This document shows positions 27,763-36,756 of a stretch of DNA of 50,273 nucleotides, piece by piece. Numbering within the stretch: position 1 is the first letter of the stretch; every line of letters starts with the position of its first letter. Origin of the DNA: a virus (Duplodnaviria > Caudoviricetes). Below the pieces are notes generated by a model that worked only from the letters and a program-made list of their open reading frames with translations, made no database searches and had not been told where the DNA came from. The position numbers and the translations under genes are program-made. The stretch is from positions 1-50,273 of IMG/VR virus record IMGVR_UViG_3300037722_000529; one strand, given 5' to 3'.

Positions 27763-27975
27763 ATGCTGACGACCGTCGAAGCAGTGATCGAGCGTCTGGG
27801 TGGTCCGGCCCACGCCGCTGAATTGGCTGGCGTGACGCCGGCCGCAGTGTCGAACTGGAAGGCGCGCGGTCGGATTCCTACCGAACACTACATGCGGTTT
27901 TCGCGGGCGCTCGCTGAGGCTGGCGCCGACGCGGACCCGGCGATCTTTGGTTTCACAGCGGAAGCGGCGGAATGA
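27763..27975 (+). CDS. Cro-like HTH protein
   Basis: VIERLGGPAHAAELAGVTPAAVSNWKARGRIP. Confidence 0.85.
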   Translation: MLTTVEAVIERLGGPAHAAELAGVTPAAVSNWKARGRIPTEHYMRFSRALAEAGADADPAIFGFTAEAAE

Positions 27976-28052
27976 TGCGGGGTGGAGCAGTGGTTAGCTC
28001 GCCTGGCCCATAACCAGGAGTGTCGTCGGTTCGAATCCGACCCCCGCATCCA
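27976..28052 (+). tRNA. tRNA-Met(CAT), derived from initiator tRNA-fMet, atypical
   Basis: Full cloverleaf: TGCGGGG/CCCCGCA, D-stem GAGC/GCTC, CCTGG-CCCATAA-CCAGG, GTCGG-TTCGAAT-CCGAC, encoded CCA. Confidence 0.85.
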
Positions 28053-28104
28053 AATTTGTAAGGCGGACCTGAGCACTCATCAGCTCTTAAACGAGGAGGC
28101 CAAG

Positions 28105-28506
28105 ATGGCAAGGAAGAAGAACGGCGAATCCGAGTCCCCGCGTCCGGCATCGAACGGCTACGACCCCGATGAGGTCAAGTCGTTCGTCTCCCGCGTCGAG
28201 AACCTCTACGGCGATCTCGACAAGGAAAAGTCGGCCTACATGCTCGACTGCAAGCAAATCCGCGGTGCCATGAAGGAAGTCTACGACGAGGCCAAGGAAG
28301 CCGGCATCCCCAAGAAGGAACTGAAGGCGGTCATCAAGGCCCGCGCGCTCGAACGCAAGGCAGAAGCCGCGCGCGACGACCTCGAGGCCGAGAGCCAGGA
28401 CACCTTCGACATGATCCGCCACGCGCTCGGCGACCTCGCCGACCTGCCTCTCGGTCAAGCCGCGCTCGGGACCGAGGAACAGGCCGCCGCCGGCGTCGCC
28501 GGCTGA
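28105..28506 (+). CDS. GapR/DUF2312-like nucleoid-associated protein
   Basis: GAGGAGG RBS; VKSFVSRVENL..MKEVYDEAKEAGIPKKELKAVIKAR..IRHALG. Confidence 0.75.
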   Translation: MARKKNGESESPRPASNGYDPDEVKSFVSRVENLYGDLDKEKSAYMLDCKQIRGAMKEVYDEAKEAGIPKKELKAVIKARALERKAEAARDDLEAESQDTFDMIRHALGDLADLPLGQAALGTEEQAAAGVAG

Positions 28507-28516
28507 CGCTTCGGCC

Positions 28517-28921
28517 ATGACCGTCGTTCGCTTCACCGTCCCCGGTGACATCGTGCCTTGGGCGCGCGCCGGAGGTCGCGGGCACATGCGCTTCACGCCG
28601 CAGCGGCAACGAAACTACATGGCGGTGCTGAAGCAGTACGCGGCGGACGCGATGGTCGGCCGGCCGCCGTTTGACGGGCCTGTCGAGATGACGGTCGTGG
28701 CGACCTGGCCCTGGCCGAAATCGCTGTCGGCGAAGAAGCGGGCGCTGCCAGGCGCCGAGCGGAAAAAGACCACTCCCGACGCCGACAACATCACCAAGAT
28801 CATCAAGGACGCTCTGAATCTGATCGTCTTCACTGATGACGCGCGGATCAGCGACCTGCACGTCGCCAAGCGGTTTGGCGATTGCCCGGGCGTGGCGGTT
28901 GAAGTGAGGGCCGCGGCATGA
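28517..28921 (+). CDS. rusA: RusA-family Holliday junction resolvase
   Basis: TTPDADNITKIIKDALNLIVFTDDARI. Confidence 0.9.
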   Translation: MTVVRFTVPGDIVPWARAGGRGHMRFTPQRQRNYMAVLKQYAADAMVGRPPFDGPVEMTVVATWPWPKSLSAKKRALPGAERKKTTPDADNITKIIKDALNLIVFTDDARISDLHVAKRFGDCPGVAVEVRAAA

Positions 28922-29118
28922 CCTGCGCGACCTGCCGGTTTTGGGTCAAGGCCAACAAGCTCGCCAACCCGCCGGAAGGCAACTGTCACCGCTACCCGGC
29001 GACGGTGGCGCTTGTGCAAACGTCGAAAGGAGCGCTCGCGACAACCATCTGGCCGATGATCCGGGCAACCGAATGGTGCGGCGAGTGGCAGCAGCGCGAC
29101 CCGGGGCAATCCTTATGA
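28918..29118 (+). CDS. Small Cys-rich protein
   Basis: TCATCRFW..GNCHRYP..WP..EWCGEW. Confidence 0.7.
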   Translation: MTCATCRFWVKANKLANPPEGNCHRYPATVALVQTSKGALATTIWPMIRATEWCGEWQQRDPGQSL

Positions 29119-29269
29119 AGAAGCGCCCGACGAAACGCCGCAAGCGGGCGTTTTTCCGCAACAAGGGGCGGACCTCTCCGTATGTCACGCCGTTGGTGAT
29201 GGGGCCGGACGCTCTGCGCGACCACATGGCGGCGCTGTATCAGGTGCTGGTGGCGCGCGGGGAAGAGAC

Positions 29270-29944
29270 GTGATGGTCGTCGCGCCGAACATGCCGATGA
29301 CGAGCGGCGGAACCGCCGTGATGGCGTGGCGGCGCGAGCCTGTCGACTCCCTGGACTTTTTTCCAACGCCGCCATGGGCGACCCGCGCGCTCTGCGAGCA
29401 CGTTCTTGGCCTCACCGGCGACGAAGCTGATCGCAAACTGACGGCATGGGAGCCTGCGGCCGGAGAAGGTCACATGGCCGAGGTGCTGCGCGAGTACTTC
29501 GGCAGTGTCCAAACTTCCGATGTCCACGACTACGGCAAAGGCTATCAGGTTGGATCGTTTGTCGGTGCCGGCCCTGACGTTGCCCGTCACATCGTGGACT
29601 GGATCATCACCAATCCCCCGTTCAACCTTGCGCTAGACTTCGCCTTGCGCGGACTGGAACTGTCGCTCGGGGGCGTCGCGCTGCTGACGCGCACCGCATG
29701 GCTGGAAGGCGGCGACCGATTTACTCGGCTGTTCTCTCTGCGCCCTCCCGCAACGGTCGCCCTGTTTTCCGAGCGCGTCCCGATGGTCAAAGGGCATTGG
29801 GACCCGCGCGCTTCGAGTGCGACATCATATGCCTGGATTGTGTGGGAACACGGGCATCGTGGCGATACGCGGCTGACGTGGATTCCGCCCGGCCAACGCA
29901 AGGCGCTCACCCGACCCGATGACGTGGCGAGGTTTGCGCCATGA
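29270..29944 (+). CDS. DNA N6-adenine methyltransferase
   Basis: DFFPTPPW, WEPAAGEGHM (motif I), IITNPPF (motif IV). Confidence 0.88.
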   Translation: MMVVAPNMPMTSGGTAVMAWRREPVDSLDFFPTPPWATRALCEHVLGLTGDEADRKLTAWEPAAGEGHMAEVLREYFGSVQTSDVHDYGKGYQVGSFVGAGPDVARHIVDWIITNPPFNLALDFALRGLELSLGGVALLTRTAWLEGGDRFTRLFSLRPPATVALFSERVPMVKGHWDPRASSATSYAWIVWEHGHRGDTRLTWIPPGQRKALTRPDDVARFAP

Positions 29945-30212
29945 CCGTCGCCCGCCTCACGCCGCTGCGCCGGCTCGTCGACTATCGCACCGTTTGGCTG
30001 GTCGGTCTCGCCCGCAAACCGATCTGGACCTAGAGGCAACCGATGCCTAGCCCGCCGCCCCGCGACCGCCGTGAAGCCGATGACGACGCGGCCAAGTCGT
30101 ATGCCGAGGCGCTGCGCTCCATCCGCGAGCGCCACATCCGCCGCCACGCCGTATTGCCGCGCCCGGGCGACCCCGAGGAGCTGCGGTGGTGGGACGAAGG
30201 AGAGCGGGCACG

Positions 30213-30476
30213 ATGAAGCGCGCCTACGTCTCCGACCATGCGCTGCTGCGCTACATCGAGCGCGTTCGCGGGATCGACATCGATCGCCTGCGCGGTGAAC
30301 TCGCCGACAAGGTGCAAGGCGCGGTCAACCTCGGGGCGGCTTCCTACGCGGTCGACGGGGTGACGTTCAGGCTGATCGACAACCGCATCGTCACCATCAT
30401 CGACAGCAAGTCCAGCCATTCGGCGCGCATCAATGCCGGCCGCAAGACCGGCAAAGCCAAGCGGGTGCAGCGATGA
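30213..30476 (+). CDS. Small conserved phage protein
   Basis: VSDHALLRYIERVRGIDID..RIVTI. Confidence 0.65.
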   Translation: MKRAYVSDHALLRYIERVRGIDIDRLRGELADKVQGAVNLGAASYAVDGVTFRLIDNRIVTIIDSKSSHSARINAGRKTGKAKRVQR

Positions 30477-30658
30477 CCCCTGTGTGGTTCCCAGACGCCC
30501 AATTGCGTCGCCACGATGGCTTTCGCGTGGCCTCCGACGCCTATCAGGCCGCGATTGCGTGCGGATGCACAGATGGTGTTGGCGCGGCGCTGTGGGCCAT
30601 CGTCGTTCGTGAGGCCAAGGCGGCCGAGGTCTATCTCGCCGGAGACGCCAGCCGATGA
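30473..30658 (+). CDS. Hypothetical protein
   Basis: ATGA-coupled on both sides. Confidence 0.45.
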   Translation: MTPVWFPDAQLRRHDGFRVASDAYQAAIACGCTDGVGAALWAIVVREAKAAEVYLAGDASR

Positions 30659-32052
30659 ACGCGCCCGCCACCATCGTCGCGGCCCCCGCCAACCTCGACC
30701 TTGAGGAAATGGTCCTCGGCGGGCTGCTCCTCAACAACAGCCTGATGGGTGCCGTGCCGTTCCTGGCGGCCTCGCATTTCTCCGAGCCCGTCCACCGCAC
30801 GATCTTCCAGGCGATAGCCGAGCGGGTAGCCGCCGGCCGTCCGGCGAGCGCTGTGATGCTGGCCAGAGAATTGCCGCCTATCGACGACAGCGCCGTCACC
30901 ATGCCCAGCTACCTCGCCCACCTGGTCGCCGAGGCGACGATGTTCGGCGAGCAACTGGTCCCGGCGGCGCGCGAGGTCGTCCGTTGGGCCGCCCGCCGCC
31001 GGCTTGCCGCCGCCGCCGCCCACCTTGCCGACGGAGTGACCGTGCCCGGCGCCAGTCCCGAGGACGTGGCCGCCACCGCCGAGATGGAACTGATCGAGAT
31101 TTCCGACGATCTGGCCCGTCTCGCGGAGGCCGCCGAAGGCGGGCCCGACGATTTCCTGGCCGAGATCGGCGAGCGCATGGAAAGCGGGCGTCACGTCAAG
31201 GGCGTCGAAAGCGGACTGGTCGCCGTGGACCGCAAGCTCGGTGGGTTCGCGCCCGGAGAATTTATCGTCGTCGCCGGCCGTCCGGGTATGGGCAAGACGA
31301 TGCTCGGGCTATCGCTCGCGCGACGGGCAGCGAACGTCGGCGCCGGCGTCGGGTTTGTGTCTCTCGAAATGACCCGTTCGGCGGTCTGGCACCGGCTGCT
31401 CGCCGACGAGGCGCTGTCGTCGGAGCCCATTGCGTACAAGGCGATTGCCCGCGGCCGACTCGGCGCCGGACAGTACGACGCGGTGCGCCGCGCCAACGAG
31501 CGGCTGAAGGCGCTGCCGCTGCTAATCCGTGACACCGGCAACCGGCTGTCCGACATGCCCGCCCACGTCCGCGCCTGCCGCAAATGGCTCAACCGGATGG
31601 GCAAGCCGCTCGACATCCTGATCGTTGATTACCTCGGGCTGCTCGCCGCCTCCGACCGCTACGCCGGTCAGAAGGTCAACGAGGTCGGCGAGATCTCCGC
31701 GACGCTCAAGGCGCTCGCCAAGCGCGAGGGACTCTGCATCGTCGCTCTCCACCAGCTCAACCGCGCCAACGAGGCGCGGGGAGAATACCGGCCGCGGCTA
31801 TCGGACCTGCGCGACTCGGGGAACCTCGAGCAGGACGCCGACGTGGTGATGTTCGTCTACCGCGAGAGCTACTACATCGAGCGGCCGGGATACCGGACGT
31901 TCGCCGACGAGGACGCCAAGGTCACGGCCGAATCGGACGCCCGGCACCGACTGGAACTGATCGTCGCCAAGCAGCGCCAGGGCGAGATCGGCACCTGCCG
32001 ATTGTGGTGCGATGTGGCGACGAACTCGGTGAGGGACGAGGCATTTCCATGA
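30655..32052 (+). CDS. dnaB: Replicative DnaB-like helicase
   Basis: AGRPGMGKT, SLEM, IVDYLGL, QLNR, RPRLSDLRDSGNLEQDAD, AKQRQG. Confidence 0.95.
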   Translation: MNAPATIVAAPANLDLEEMVLGGLLLNNSLMGAVPFLAASHFSEPVHRTIFQAIAERVAAGRPASAVMLARELPPIDDSAVTMPSYLAHLVAEATMFGEQLVPAAREVVRWAARRRLAAAAAHLADGVTVPGASPEDVAATAEMELIEISDDLARLAEAAEGGPDDFLAEIGERMESGRHVKGVESGLVAVDRKLGGFAPGEFIVVAGRPGMGKTMLGLSLARRAANVGAGVGFVSLEMTRSAVWHRLLADEALSSEPIAYKAIARGRLGAGQYDAVRRANERLKALPLLIRDTGNRLSDMPAHVRACRKWLNRMGKPLDILIVDYLGLLAASDRYAGQKVNEVGEISATLKALAKREGLCIVALHQLNRANEARGEYRPRLSDLRDSGNLEQDADVVMFVYRESYYIERPGYRTFADEDAKVTAESDARHRLELIVAKQRQGEIGTCRLWCDVATNSVRDEAFP

Positions 32053-32948
32053 GCACTCGCTGGTTCCGGGTCTACGACGATCTCGTCGATGACCCCAAGG
32101 TCCAGATGCTGCCCGACGCGTTGTTTCGCGCGCTGATCAACCTCTGGTGCCTCGCTTCGCGCAACGATGGAGTGCTTCCTCCTATCCATGAGGCGGCATT
32201 TTCATTGCGCATGAAACCGGAGAAACTGTCCGCTATTTTCGGACAGTTGCGTGTCGCAGGGTTGCTCGATGATGATGATGACGGTTCCAGCGTTACGCGA
32301 CCGCACAACTGGCTCGGCCGTCAATTCAAGAGCGACGTTACGGACCCGACCGCCGCCGATCGGATGCGCCGCCACCGTAACAAGCAACGGGCGCAAACCG
32401 TAACCGATGGCGTAACCGACACCGTAACGTCACGCCCCCCAGAGACAGAGACAGAGACAGAGACAGAGACAGAGACAGAGAAGAACGCATCCTCACTGAA
32501 ACGTTCGGATGCGAACCGCGCGCGCGACGAAATTCAGCGTGAGTTCGCGGAGACGTTCTGGCCAAAATACCCGAACAAGGTCGGCAAGCCTCGTGCTTGC
32601 CGCGCGTTTATGGCCGCTCGCAAGCGAGCGGACCTTGCGGAGATCATGGCCGGGCTGAAACGCTACGTGGATGAAAAACCCACGGATCGGCAATGGCTTA
32701 ACCCGTCGACGTTTCTCAACCAGGATCGTTGGGCGGATCAACCGGCTGGGCTGCCGCTCGGCCGAGGAAACGGGGCTGCGCAGGGCTCGACCGACCCACC
32801 TCCCGACTACGCCGTCCGCGCCCGGCACTGGAACGCAACCGGCGAATGGCAGTCGTGGTGGGGCGATGCCGATGACGTGCCGATGGAGCACCGGCACCTG
32901 TTCGTGGGGCTGTTCAAAGACGGCAAAGCAGCGGAGGCGACTGGCTGA
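32049..32948 (+). CDS. Phage replication initiator
   Basis: WFRVYDDLVDDPKV N-terminus, ETETET linker, FWPKYPNKVGK and WLNPSTFLNQDRW. Confidence 0.8.
   Translation: MSTRWFRVYDDLVDDPKVQMLPDALFRALINLWCLASRNDGVLPPIHEAAFSLRMKPEKLSAIFGQLRVAGLLDDDDDGSSVTRPHNWLGRQFKSDVTDPTAADRMRRHRNKQRAQTVTDGVTDTVTSRPPETETETETETETEKNASSLKRSDANRARDEIQREFAETFWPKYPNKVGKPRACRAFMAARKRADLAEIMAGLKRYVDEKPTDRQWLNPSTFLNQDRWADQPAGLPLGRGNGAAQGSTDPPPDYAVRARHWNATGEWQSWWGDADDVPMEHRHLFVGLFKDGKAAEATG
32290..32435. repeat. Putative replication origin iterons inside the initiator gene
   Basis: CGTAAC four times (32375-32428), with inverted GTTACG twice upstream (~32292, ~32337). Confidence 0.55.
32440..32480 (+). repeat. (AGAGAC)6 microsatellite encoding an ET repeat
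   Basis: Read directly from the sequence. Confidence 0.9.
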
Positions 32949-33260
32949 CATGGCGATGTGGACGATCCGCGAGGAGCGCGCGCTACGGCGCATCTACCCG
33001 GCCGCCGATGTGGCGGCGAGCGATATCCGCGCCGCGTTGCCGCGACACAGTGCCGTGGCGATCCATTGCCGAGCGCGCGATCTCTCCCTGCGCCGGCCCA
33101 ACAAGCCGGACGGCGAGGTACTGCCGGTGGTCGCCGAACTGATCGCGGCTCGGCGGGCGCGCGGCTGGTCGCAGACACAGTTGGCCGGTGCGAGGGGAGA
33201 TATCACCTTGACTGAACGTGGCGACAAGAGGTATGCAACGACGAAGCGCGGGAGGGCCTA

Positions 33261-34388
33261 ATGATACGCCTCTCGCGAGTAGTTGGCAGAAAGGCAGCCT
33301 TGCCTATGCACGCCGCAACATCGGAAGAACTCACCAAGCAGCTTGGCGAACAGCGCCGGTCCGTTGATTTCGATACGTTCGACATTCAGGTGCAGGAACT
33401 CCTGCGAATGCTAGGAGACGGTGAAATCTCCGTTGCTCCTGCATATCAGCGCCAGTTCCGCTGGGACGACGAACGCTGTTCAGAACTCGTCGAATCCTTA
33501 CTACTAGGAATACCAATCCCGAATTTGTTCATGGCGACCAACGCCGACAACACGTGGGAAGTAGTCGACGGCGTTCAGCGCCTGAGCTCGATTGTCAAAT
33601 TTGCCGGACAGGAATCTCTGCGAGAGAAGCTTAAACTAGGTGGGGCGCTCGCACTCGTGAACCTACGCAAGATAAGCAAGTTCAACGGCCTTCGTTTTGA
33701 AAACCTTCCGTCACATCTCCAACAGCACTTTCGGACTAGGCCGCTTAAGGTTGTAACCCTCAACGACAAAAGCGACACCGTGGTGCGCATCGATTTGTTC
33801 GAGCGGCTGAATACTGGAGGCGTCGAACTCACCAATCAGGAAATTCGCGATTGCGTCTTTCATGGCGATTTCGCGGACAAGCTAGACGAGTTGGCCCGCA
33901 CGAAGGATTTCATGACCGTCGTGCGTTTGACGAGGCGTCATCAAGGGGATGGCACCAGAGAGGAATGCGTCCTCCGATTCTTTGCGTTCGTGGATAGGTA
34001 TCGGAAGTTCGTCCACAGCGTAAAGACATTTCTTGATGACTACATGCGAGATGCAAGTGAGGTGAGGTTCGACATTGAACCGCACGAACGGGAATTCAGG
34101 CACGTCTTCTCTCATCTGGCACCGATCTTCCCCAACGGGATATTGCGGCCCGGTGGGAAGGGAACGACACCGCTGAACCTTTTTGAGGGAATCGCCATCG
34201 GTGCGGCCCTCGCACTGCGGAAGAACGACACGTTGGTAACGGATGGCTTGGCGGAGTGGATGGCGTCCAACGAGCTCCGCTCATTCACAACTGCGGCAAC
34301 GAATGATCGAAAATCGGTGACAGGTCGTATCGAGTTTTGCCGAGATCGTTTCTTGGGCGAGCCTTATGTTCCCGCCGCTGAGGACTGA
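33261..34388 (+). CDS. DUF262 (GmrSD N-terminal, ParB-like) protein; start may be 33306
   Basis: PAYQRQFRW, SELVESLLLGIPIP, EVVDGVQRLSSI, LFERLNTGG; AT-richer than flanks. Confidence 0.88.
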   Translation: MIRLSRVVGRKAALPMHAATSEELTKQLGEQRRSVDFDTFDIQVQELLRMLGDGEISVAPAYQRQFRWDDERCSELVESLLLGIPIPNLFMATNADNTWEVVDGVQRLSSIVKFAGQESLREKLKLGGALALVNLRKISKFNGLRFENLPSHLQQHFRTRPLKVVTLNDKSDTVVRIDLFERLNTGGVELTNQEIRDCVFHGDFADKLDELARTKDFMTVVRLTRRHQGDGTREECVLRFFAFVDRYRKFVHSVKTFLDDYMRDASEVRFDIEPHEREFRHVFSHLAPIFPNGILRPGGKGTTPLNLFEGIAIGAALALRKNDTLVTDGLAEWMASNELRSFTTAATNDRKSVTGRIEFCRDRFLGEPYVPAAED

Positions 34389-34560
34389 AGTCGAAGCCCG
34401 CTTCCATGCCCTTGAGGCATTTTTTAGCTCCACCAGGATTCTCAAGGGCGAGGATGAAGCCACGGTGAAGGGTCTAATGTTTGTGCAGGTCTACGCGGCC
34501 TATGAATTCACCGTATGCAGCGTGGTCCGCACCGCAATCGATTCGATCAAAGCCCACAAC
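34366..34560 (+). pseudogene. Truncated HEPN-domain protein (MAE_28990/RiboL-PSP-like N-terminus)
   Basis: VQVYAAYEFTV matches the HEPN N-terminal Y...E helix; after ..IKAHN the frame runs into antisense transposase sequence. Confidence 0.6.
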
Positions 34561-35019
34561 CCGCTTGTTGCGCTCCTTGCCACCAATCGCGGTTTCGTCC
34601 GCCTCAACGATCTTGCCCCCGCCGCCAAGTGTCGCTGGGTTCAACTCGCGCATCCCCTCGCGGATACGGTGCGCCATGAACCACGCGGTCTTGTATGGCA
34701 GACCCAGCATCCGGCCCAACTGGTGAGCGGACATGCCTTTCTTGCTCGCGCACATCAAGTGCGTTGCAAGAAGCCATTTCGTCATCGGGATGTGCGACCG
34801 CTCGTAAATTGTTCCGACAGCCGCCGTAAACTTGCGGCGACAGGACGTGCAGTGGTACCAGCCTGGCCCCATCGAGTTGCCGCCCAGCGCCTTCACTGTG
34901 TCGAACTGACCGCAATAAGGACAGTACGGACCATACGGCCAGCGGATCGCCTCAAAGTGCGCCCGTGCCGCGTCAGCGTCGGTGAAAATCTGGTTCGTCA
35001 GATCAACGGTGGCAGTCAT
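34560..35019 (-). pseudogene. Truncated IS1595-family transposase
   Basis: RWPYGPYCPYCG, CTSCRRKF, SKKGMSAHQL..TAWFMAHRIRE, VEADET; most of the DDE domain is missing. Confidence 0.9.
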
Positions 35020-35216
35020 GGCTAAGGTCTCCTTGACCACCAATATGGGCATGCAGGCGCGTTCAGTCAAGGTGATAATTTCCGGTGCGAGTGGGGTCGA
35101 TCGCGGGATCGTCAACCAGATCGAGCGGGGCAAACGAATCCCGCACCTGCGGACCTTAACCGCCCTGGCCGGCGCGCTTGGCCTGACACTGATCGTGACG
35201 CGGATCGACGGTGGCG

Positions 35217-35684
35217 ATGCTGGCGCTGACCGATGAATCGGCGACAAGCGCGGTGAAACGCCTTCGGAGGTGGCGCCGCCGCAAACGCCTACGGAAACTA
35301 CGCAACCGGCGCTATTGGAACCGTCACAAGAGGCGTCTGATGGATAAACGCCGCACGCGGCGTCGCCGCGGTGCCTTCGCCGATTATGACGGGCTGGTGC
35401 AAGCGCTCATCGCGCGGCGCAAGCAGCTCGGCTGGACCCAGCTCGAACTGGACGACCGAGCCGGATTCCAGGACGGCTACGCCGCGAAGCTGGAAAACTG
35501 GCGCGGCCCCCAGGGCCGTGTCGCCGGATCGGTGACGATGCCGCTGTGGCTCCAAGCGCTCGGCCTCGGCTTCGTGCCGGTGGCGATGGAGGACGGGCCG
35601 ATCCGCGAGCAGCGCAAGCGGCTGTCGGGGATCGAGCGGCCGAAGCTGTCGGTCAACGAGCTTCAGCGCCGGGTGCCGTCGTGA
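35217..35684 (+). CDS. XRE-like HTH protein with arginine-rich N-terminus
   Basis: RRKQLGWTQLELDDRAGFQDGYAAKLE. Confidence 0.7.
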   Translation: MLALTDESATSAVKRLRRWRRRKRLRKLRNRRYWNRHKRRLMDKRRTRRRRGAFADYDGLVQALIARRKQLGWTQLELDDRAGFQDGYAAKLENWRGPQGRVAGSVTMPLWLQALGLGFVPVAMEDGPIREQRKRLSGIERPKLSVNELQRRVPS

Positions 35685-35732
35685 GGGCGAGGAGAGGGTG
35701 ATGAACAAATTCACAAATGAGGAGAACGTAAA

Positions 35733-36653
35733 ATGGCAAATGTGAATGTGGTGGCACGGGCTTTTTCCGAAGGCGAGCGCAGTGGTGGAGGCGTAAACCC
35801 GCGGCTGCGGTTGGCACGCAAGTCTACGCGGAAAGCATATGCGTTGGTGTTTGCGCAAGTGGAGGTCATTGATGCGGAGCGCGCAGCCGAGCTTCTTAGA
35901 CACAACGCGGGCAATCGGCACCTGAAGCGGGCGCTTATAGCGAGGTTGCGACGGGCGCTGGAGGAAGGGCGCTTCCTCATGAACGGAGAGTCCATTGTCA
36001 TCGACCGGGATGGTAGATTGCTTGACGGTCAGCACCGCCTTCAGGCGGTCGTAGACACCGGACTGACCATTGAGGCGCTGCTAGTTTACAACGTGGACCA
36101 GGCCACGTTCCCAACGTTGGACAGCGGGAGCGCTCGCACTGCGGGGGATGTTCTCGGGATAGCGGGTACCCAAAACGCCCACCGGATAAGCGCCGCTGTA
36201 CGTTGGATACAGGCGTACAGGGCAGGTGTCACCGCGCCTGCTAATGTTCGCATTGATGCTGATCAGGTTCTGTCTTTCGTTGAGGGGTTAAACGATAGCG
36301 AAGTCGAGCGGATGCAGTTGGCGACGCTGGCCGCTGGCAGGGTGGCACGGCTGGTCGCCGGGAGCATAGCAACAGCTCTGAGCTTTCTGTTTGCAGAGAA
36401 GGATGAGGCCCTGGCGCTCACGTTCTTTGATGACCTTCACAGCGGAGTAGGTCTGGCACCGGGGGACCCTGTGCTGGTGTTAAGAGACCAGCTAGCGCGC
36501 AACTCCGCTGCTAAGAACCGCCTCGCGCCCAAAGAGATATTTGCACGCTGTATTCGCGCGTGGAATGCGCGCAGGGCGGGTGATGAGGTCACGCATCTGA
36601 AAGGGCTTGTGGCGGGCAAGGATGGGGCGGCGACTATGCCGCGGATACGCTGA
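35733..36653 (+). CDS. ParB/Srx-like (DGQHR) domain protein
   Basis: GAGGAG RBS; NGESIVIDRDGRLLDGQHRLQAV..TLDSGSARTAGD; atypical codon usage. Confidence 0.78.
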   Translation: MANVNVVARAFSEGERSGGGVNPRLRLARKSTRKAYALVFAQVEVIDAERAAELLRHNAGNRHLKRALIARLRRALEEGRFLMNGESIVIDRDGRLLDGQHRLQAVVDTGLTIEALLVYNVDQATFPTLDSGSARTAGDVLGIAGTQNAHRISAAVRWIQAYRAGVTAPANVRIDADQVLSFVEGLNDSEVERMQLATLAAGRVARLVAGSIATALSFLFAEKDEALALTFFDDLHSGVGLAPGDPVLVLRDQLARNSAAKNRLAPKEIFARCIRAWNARRAGDEVTHLKGLVAGKDGAATMPRIR

Positions 36654-36756
36654 CCTTCCCCAACTTGGTCGGCCGCCTGGTCCTCCCGCTGATGGTCGGC
36701 GTGCTCATGGCGCTGATGTGGTTCGGCCCGGTGTTCATGATTCCTGGGAGAGTGCC

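Larger units (their letters stand above)
33195..35083 (-). mobile_element. IS1595-family element with passenger genes, internally deleted
   Basis: TIRs GGGAGATATCACCTTGACTGAACG and CGTTCAGTCAAGGTGATAATTTCC; 8-bp TSD GGTGCGAG at 33187-33194 and 35084-35091. Confidence 0.92.
32950..35236 (+). pseudogene. XRE-family HTH gene split by the IS (32950-33194 + 35092-35236)
   Basis: Removing the IS and one TSD restores ..RRARGWSQTQLAGAS-GVDRGIVNQIERGKRIPHLRTLTALAGALG. Confidence 0.88.

Noticed and set aside
32440-32480. Phase-variable microsatellite
   Set aside because: A hexamer unit preserves frame, and ET-type linkers are common in phage initiators.
34759-34767. Tenth GTGCGTTGC copy
   Set aside because: Lies inside the IS, lacks the C[G/T] prefix and has no downstream gene start; consistent with chance.
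34366-35025. 219-aa ORF as a real full-length protein
   Set aside because: Beyond ~34560 it is the antisense reading of the transposase, created by the deletion.
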